A stretch of DNA of 64,000 nt from an uncultured Alphaproteobacteria bacterium (GTDB lineage: Bacteria; Pseudomonadota; Alphaproteobacteria; Methylaequorales; Methylaequoraceae). Under the pieces are notes generated by a model, which saw only the letters and a list, made by a program, of their open reading frames with translations, made no database searches and was not told the DNA's origin. This document shows, one piece after another, positions 59,733-64,000 of the stretch (position 1 is the first letter of the stretch; the number at the start of each line of letters is the position of its first letter). The stretch covers positions 70,420 through 134,419 of the forward strand of contig CACACI010000001.1 of assembly GCA_902530985.1 (NCBI GenBank), given 5' to 3'. A program made the position numbers and the translations under genes.

Positions 59733-60758
59733 ATGAATAACATTCAATTTATAATAATTGGGGTTGGGTCTGTTGGCAAAAGACATGCTCAGTTCATTAA
59801 TACTCAAGGATCAGATTTGTTATGTGTTGATATAAGTAAGAATGCAAGAGATTGGTGCAAAAATAATCTAAACATCAAAACAAAGTCTTTTAGTAAGGTC
59901 TCATCTTTATCTAATCATATCAAAGATTCAAAAAAAAAGAAAATAGGCATTATATCAAATCTTGGACCTGATCATTTTAAATCCATCGAAGAGCTTTACT
60001 CACTAGGGGTAAATAATTTTTTAATAGAAAAGCCAATAACAAACTCATTAAAAAGTTTACATAAACTTGAAAATCTATGCAACTCGAATAAATTAAATAT
60101 AGTTGGTGGTTTTCAAAATAGATATTTGGGAATAGTTGAAAAAATCATTTATATTGGTAAAAATGAACTTGGTGGTGATCCTATGTTGATGTGCGTAAAT
60201 GGAGGAGCTATGGGAATTGTAACAACTGGCATCCATTTCTTAGATCTTGCAATTTCAATTTTTGGTTCCAATCCAATTAATACACTAAGTAATCTTAGAA
60301 GCATTAAAATAAATCCAAGGGCAAAAAAATTGGATTTCTGGGAAGGTTGTTCAATATGGGAGTTTGAAAAAAAAAAAAGATTAAGTATTAATTCTACAAA
60401 TTTCTCAAGCGTCAAACAACGAGCAGAAATTTTTTTCCCATGGGGAAGAATTTTAATAAATGGAGATATGACCTTATCAATCTATAAAAGGAATATGAAA
60501 GAGGTTTCAGCAGATAAAAGAATAATCAGGCTTGGTGTTGATGAAAAATTAAAACGGACAATTATGCCTAACAGATCAAATCTTTATAAAAAAATGTTTA
60601 AAAATTTAATTGATAATAAAAATAATAATTTTAAAAGAGAATTAATTGCGTCAAAAGCAATTATTTTTTCATTGATTTCAAACGTAAAGTCAAAAACAAT
60701 GTCATTGGACGAAAAAGTTGAAAAAAAATATTACGATTTTGAATGGCAAATCTCATGA
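59733..60758 (+). CDS. Gfo/Idh/MocA family oxidoreductase
   Basis: N-terminal Rossmann fold FIIIGVGSVGKRH and EKP motif (FLIEKPI). Confidence 0.75.
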   Translation: MNNIQFIIIGVGSVGKRHAQFINTQGSDLLCVDISKNARDWCKNNLNIKTKSFSKVSSLSNHIKDSKKKKIGIISNLGPDHFKSIEELYSLGVNNFLIEKPITNSLKSLHKLENLCNSNKLNIVGGFQNRYLGIVEKIIYIGKNELGGDPMLMCVNGGAMGIVTTGIHFLDLAISIFGSNPINTLSNLRSIKINPRAKKLDFWEGCSIWEFEKKKRLSINSTNFSSVKQRAEIFFPWGRILINGDMTLSIYKRNMKEVSADKRIIRLGVDEKLKRTIMPNRSNLYKKMFKNLIDNKNNNFKRELIASKAIIFSLISNVKSKTMSLDEKVEKKYYDFEWQIS

Positions 60759-61705
60759 GATCTCCTAAGCTTGCAATAATTGGTAGTGGGAAAATTGCTT
60801 CATTTCATGCAGATGCATTTATTAATGTTGGTTTTGAAATAACTCATGTTTCTTCAAGCAAAAATTCGAAAAGTATAGCAAAGTTTGGTGATATTTATAA
60901 TGTTAAAAATGTATATCAGTGTTCTTTTGATTTATTAAAAGCACAAGATCAATGGGATTGTATTCTATTGCTAATACCTACTGAAAAAAATATAGAGTAT
61001 ATAACAAAAATATTAGAGATTAATAAACCCTGTCTGATTGAAAAACCAGTATCCAAAGATTTAAATTTTTTATCTCAATTTTCAAAAAATGAATTTCCAC
61101 GAATTAGAGTTGGTTATAACAGAAGATTTTACGCAACAATTCAAATGGCTAAAGATTTTATTAAAAAAGAAGGCCCAGTTTACCTTAAGATGGAATTACC
61201 TGAATCTGTAAATCCTAAAGGCAATTATGAAAATGTTTTAATTAATTCATGTCATGGGGTAGACTTATTGTTTTATCTCTTTGGTGAAATATCTTTAGAA
61301 AAAAACAACCATTTTGCAAGTGATAGAGGAAGATTAGTTACATTAAAATCTAAGAGAGAGGATTTAATTAGTTTATTAATGAATTGGAATTCTCCATCAA
61401 ACTTCAAAATAGAAATTTTTGGAAACAAAAGAAGATTAGAACTCAAACCTTTTGAAAATGCAGAAGTTTTTGAGGATATGGAGATAATTCAACCAACCAC
61501 AGACTTACCCATCAGAAGGTATTTACCAAAAAAAGTAAGTTCGAGCTCCTCATTCCCTGATAGAGACAATCAACTAAAACCAGGTTTCTTTGAACAAGCA
61601 AAAGAAATGATGGATATACTTAATGGTAAATGTCCAGAACATTCTGCATCTCTATATGATGCGTTTAAAGTTCAGAAAATTATAGAAAGAATATTGTCTA
61701 AATAA
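60755..61705 (+). CDS. Gfo/Idh/MocA family oxidoreductase
   Basis: LAIIGSGKIASFH Rossmann fold, CLIEKPV and GYNRRF. ATG 60755 overlaps the upstream stop (ATGA). The track start is 60743. Confidence 0.75.
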   Translation: MRSPKLAIIGSGKIASFHADAFINVGFEITHVSSSKNSKSIAKFGDIYNVKNVYQCSFDLLKAQDQWDCILLLIPTEKNIEYITKILEINKPCLIEKPVSKDLNFLSQFSKNEFPRIRVGYNRRFYATIQMAKDFIKKEGPVYLKMELPESVNPKGNYENVLINSCHGVDLLFYLFGEISLEKNNHFASDRGRLVTLKSKREDLISLLMNWNSPSNFKIEIFGNKRRLELKPFENAEVFEDMEIIQPTTDLPIRRYLPKKVSSSSSFPDRDNQLKPGFFEQAKEMMDILNGKCPEHSASLYDAFKVQKIIERILSK

Positions 61706-61776
61706 ATTTTGTTTTTTATAACACAAGCTTATTGATTATGGTTGACAGATACTGATAACCAAGGGTAAAAATTACT

Positions 61777-62853
61777 GTGAAAAAAATTTCAATCCAAGGA
61801 TCGAATTCAAAGGCTAATTCTAAAAAAATTTTATTTCTTGGTTATAATGAAAATGAAACATGCCTAATAAATGCTTTGAAAAAAAAGCATTGTAAACTTA
61901 CTCATTCAAAAGATTCATTTAATTATAGTAATGAGTTTGATCTTATAATTAGTTTTGGATATAGACGAATTATTAAAAAGGAATTAATTGAACAAGTCAA
62001 ATGTCCTATAATTAATCTTCATATTTCCTATTTACCATACAACAAAGGAACTCATCCAAATTTTTGGTCTTTCTATGACAATACTCCATCTGGAGTAACC
62101 ATCCACATAATTGATGAAGGAGTGGATACAGGTCCAATTATTTATCAAAAATATGTTAATTTTGACAAAGGTGAAGTAACCTTTAAGCAAACCTATAAAA
62201 GGTTATTTAATGAAATAGAAAATTTATTTTTGAAAAACATTGATAATATTATTGATATGAACTGGATTGAAAAAAAACAAAGAGGGGAAGGAACTTTTCG
62301 GAAGCTAAAAGACCTTCCCAAAGAATTCCGAGGTTGGGATACAAATATCCAGAACGAAATAGAAAGACTGTATTCATTAAAAGCGAGCTTATCAAATTTA
62401 AATCTATTTGAGATTAATGAAGATGATTGTAAAGATATCTGGATATGGAGAAATGATCCTAACACTAGAAAGATGTCAAAAAATTCAAGAATAATTTCTT
62501 GGGATATTCATAAAAAGTGGTTTGAAAAAACTCTTATAAATAAAAATTCTACTATCTTTATTGGACGACTATCTAATGGAGATAAAATAGGAATGTGTCG
62601 TTTTGAAACCGATGTTACTAAAAAAGAAATAAATGTATCTATAAATTTAAAGAAAGAGTTTAGAAATAAAAAACTCTCAAAAGTTTTATTAGAGAATGCA
62701 ATTAGACTTTTTAAAAACAAAAAAAAATTCGCTCTTACTGCTACAATAAAGAAAAATAATATATCTAGTATAATCTGCTTTAATTATTGTGGTTTTAAAT
62801 ATCAATCAGAAGATAATTCATTCTTCTACTATAAAATAGTCATTAATCAATGA
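61777..62853 (+). CDS. bifunctional formyltransferase-domain / PseH-like GNAT N-acetyltransferase fusion protein
   Basis: GTG start. N-half IINLHISYLPYNKGTHPNFW...IDEGVDTGPII has the formyltransferase Asn-His-Asp triad context. C-half IWIWRNDPNTRKMS...IGMCRF...NYCGF is PseH-type GNAT. Confidence 0.7.
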   Translation: MKKISIQGSNSKANSKKILFLGYNENETCLINALKKKHCKLTHSKDSFNYSNEFDLIISFGYRRIIKKELIEQVKCPIINLHISYLPYNKGTHPNFWSFYDNTPSGVTIHIIDEGVDTGPIIYQKYVNFDKGEVTFKQTYKRLFNEIENLFLKNIDNIIDMNWIEKKQRGEGTFRKLKDLPKEFRGWDTNIQNEIERLYSLKASLSNLNLFEINEDDCKDIWIWRNDPNTRKMSKNSRIISWDIHKKWFEKTLINKNSTIFIGRLSNGDKIGMCRFETDVTKKEINVSINLKKEFRNKKLSKVLLENAIRLFKNKKKFALTATIKKNNISSIICFNYCGFKYQSEDNSFFYYKIVINQ

Positions 62854-63896
62854 AGAAGATTACAATAGCAGGTAGAGAAATTTCTGAAAAATATCCTCCT
62901 TATATTATCGCGGAAATTTCAGCCAACCATAATGGTTCAATTGATAAAGCTAAAGAAACTATTCTCCATGCCAAAAAATCTGGCGCCTCTGCTGTAAAAA
63001 TACAAACCTATACCCCTGATACTATGACAATAGAGAAATCAGATGGAGATTTTCTAATAAATGAGGGTTTATGGAAAGGTTATTCACTTTACAACCTTTA
63101 TCGTAAAGCTTTTACACCTTTCGAGTGGCATGAGGATTTATTTAAGTTTGCAAAATCAAAAAATATTACTCTTTTTTCCTCTCCATTTGATGAGAGTGCA
63201 GTTGACCTTTTAGAGTCACTTAATGTTCCAGCATATAAGATAGCCTCTTTTGAGCTTATTGATCTTCCACTTATAAGTTATATAGCCAAAAAGAAAAAAC
63301 CAATCCTTATGTCCACAGGAATGTCATCAATTGATGAGATTTCACAAGCTATTAAAGTAGCAAAAGATAATGGGAATGATCAAATTGCATTATTTCATTG
63401 TATTAGTAGTTACCCTACTCCTATTGATCAAGCCAACATTAGAACAATCAATAAACTTCAAAGAATATTTAAAGTTCAAGTTGGATTATCTGATCACACA
63501 CTAGGAACCTTAGCGCCAATTGTTGCAACTTCATGTGGTGCAACCTTAATTGAAAAACATTTTACTATTAATAAAAGCGATAAAGGACCTGATAGTTCAT
63601 TCTCAATAAATCCTAAAGAAATGGAAAAGCTTGTTAGTGACTGTAATCTTACCTTTAAATCTTTGGGCAAAGAATTAATAGAAAGAGTTGAAAATGAAGA
63701 ATCAAATAAAATTTTCCGACGATCTTTGTATTTTGTGAATGATCTATCTCCTAACCAAAAAATACAGGCAAAAGATATTAGAAGAATAAGGCCGGGCTTT
63801 GGTTTGCCTCCCAAATTTTATAGTGAAGTGATTGGAAGAAAGGTGAAAAAACATATTAAAAGAGGAGATAGAGTTTCATGGGATGTAATTAAATAG
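62850..63896 (+). CDS. pseI: nonulosonic acid synthase, NeuB family, pseudaminic acid synthase-like
   Basis: IIAEISANHNGS, VKIQTYTPDTMT (the PseI-type rather than NeuB KHQTH-type segment), AYKIASFE, STGMS, GLSDHT and a C-terminal SAF domain. The ATG overlaps the upstream stop (ATGA). Confidence 0.8.
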   Translation: MKKITIAGREISEKYPPYIIAEISANHNGSIDKAKETILHAKKSGASAVKIQTYTPDTMTIEKSDGDFLINEGLWKGYSLYNLYRKAFTPFEWHEDLFKFAKSKNITLFSSPFDESAVDLLESLNVPAYKIASFELIDLPLISYIAKKKKPILMSTGMSSIDEISQAIKVAKDNGNDQIALFHCISSYPTPIDQANIRTINKLQRIFKVQVGLSDHTLGTLAPIVATSCGATLIEKHFTINKSDKGPDSSFSINPKEMEKLVSDCNLTFKSLGKELIERVENEESNKIFRRSLYFVNDLSPNQKIQAKDIRRIRPGFGLPPKFYSEVIGRKVKKHIKRGDRVSWDVIK

Positions 63897-63915
63897 TTAA
63901 TTTTCTAGACAAAAA

Positions 63916-64000
63916 ATGAAATTTAAAAATAAAAGAAATGCAGTTCTAATATTATCTCATCTGATGAAAGATAAGAAAGCTCTTAATAATGAATCAATCC
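63916..64000 (+). CDS. hypothetical protein, 5' fragment running off the window
   Basis: ATG at 63916 with an open frame to the window end (MKFKNKRNAVLILSHLMKDKKALNNESI). Same strand and spacing as the preceding cluster. Too short to identify. Confidence 0.3.
   Translation, partial: MKFKNKRNAVLILSHLMKDKKALNNESI

Noticed and set aside
1-64000. I searched for CRISPR arrays, IS elements or transposases, integrases, prophage genes, toxin-antitoxin pairs, restriction-modification systems and other defence systems.
   Set aside because: No spaced direct repeats, no terminal inverted repeats and no ORF with recombinase, transposase, nuclease-helicase or methylase signatures were seen. The FkbM methyltransferase is a small-molecule or glycan type, not a DNA methylase.

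Overview
This is a 64-kb window from a very AT-rich, extremely gene-dense bacterial chromosome. Hand-counted 60-nt lines in housekeeping genes give about 17-33 % G+C, and I estimate roughly 96-97 % of the window is coding. Gene content and synteny suggest a streamlined marine alphaproteobacterium of the Pelagibacterales/SAR11 type; this is an inference, since no database search was possible. The supporting blocks are rpmH-rnpA-yidC-engB-argB, dapD-dapE, def-fmt-truA, ffs-dnaX-ybaB-recR, pheA-kdsB, thrS-infC-rpmI-rplT-pheST-lepA, kdsD-lptCAB-hpf-ptsN without rpoN, and aroA-cmk-rpsA. I call about 72 protein-coding genes, two tRNAs (Ser-GGA and Ala-GGC, both found by hand on the minus strand) and a small SRP/4.5S RNA directly upstream of dnaX. 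I found no transposase, integrase, phage gene, CRISPR array, toxin-antitoxin pair or recognisable defence system. Many neighbouring genes share stop/start nucleotides (ATGA, TAATG, TTAA), and convergent genes overlap by up to 21 nt. Most of the window is ordinary core genome. The parts worth a second look are listed here. (1) A cell-surface glycan island starts at about 58.2 kb and runs off the window. It holds a capsule-synthesis-family protein, two coupled Gfo/Idh/MocA oxidoreductases, a formyltransferase-PseH-like GNAT fusion and a PseI-like nonulosonic acid synthase. (2) An orphan TonB-dependent-receptor-like gene sits in a patch of elevated GC at 23.1-27.0 kb, with a perfect 17-bp AT palindrome in its upstream spacer. 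(3) An accessory-looking block at 27-32 kb lies next to tRNA-Ser and carries TerB-like, DUF2805/TIGR03643, CIA30, NTF2-like, DUF445, SelO, MarR and small membrane protein genes. (4) rpoN is cleanly absent from the lptB/hpf junction although ptsN is retained. (5) There is a tightly abutted hsp20-DUF1150 pair. (6) An FkbM methyltransferase follows the longest non-coding spacer in the window and lies next to tRNA-Ala. (7) A YejA-like binding protein carries a C-terminal hydrophobic anchor. All functional calls rest on motif and family recognition by eye from the supplied translations, and none has been verified by search.
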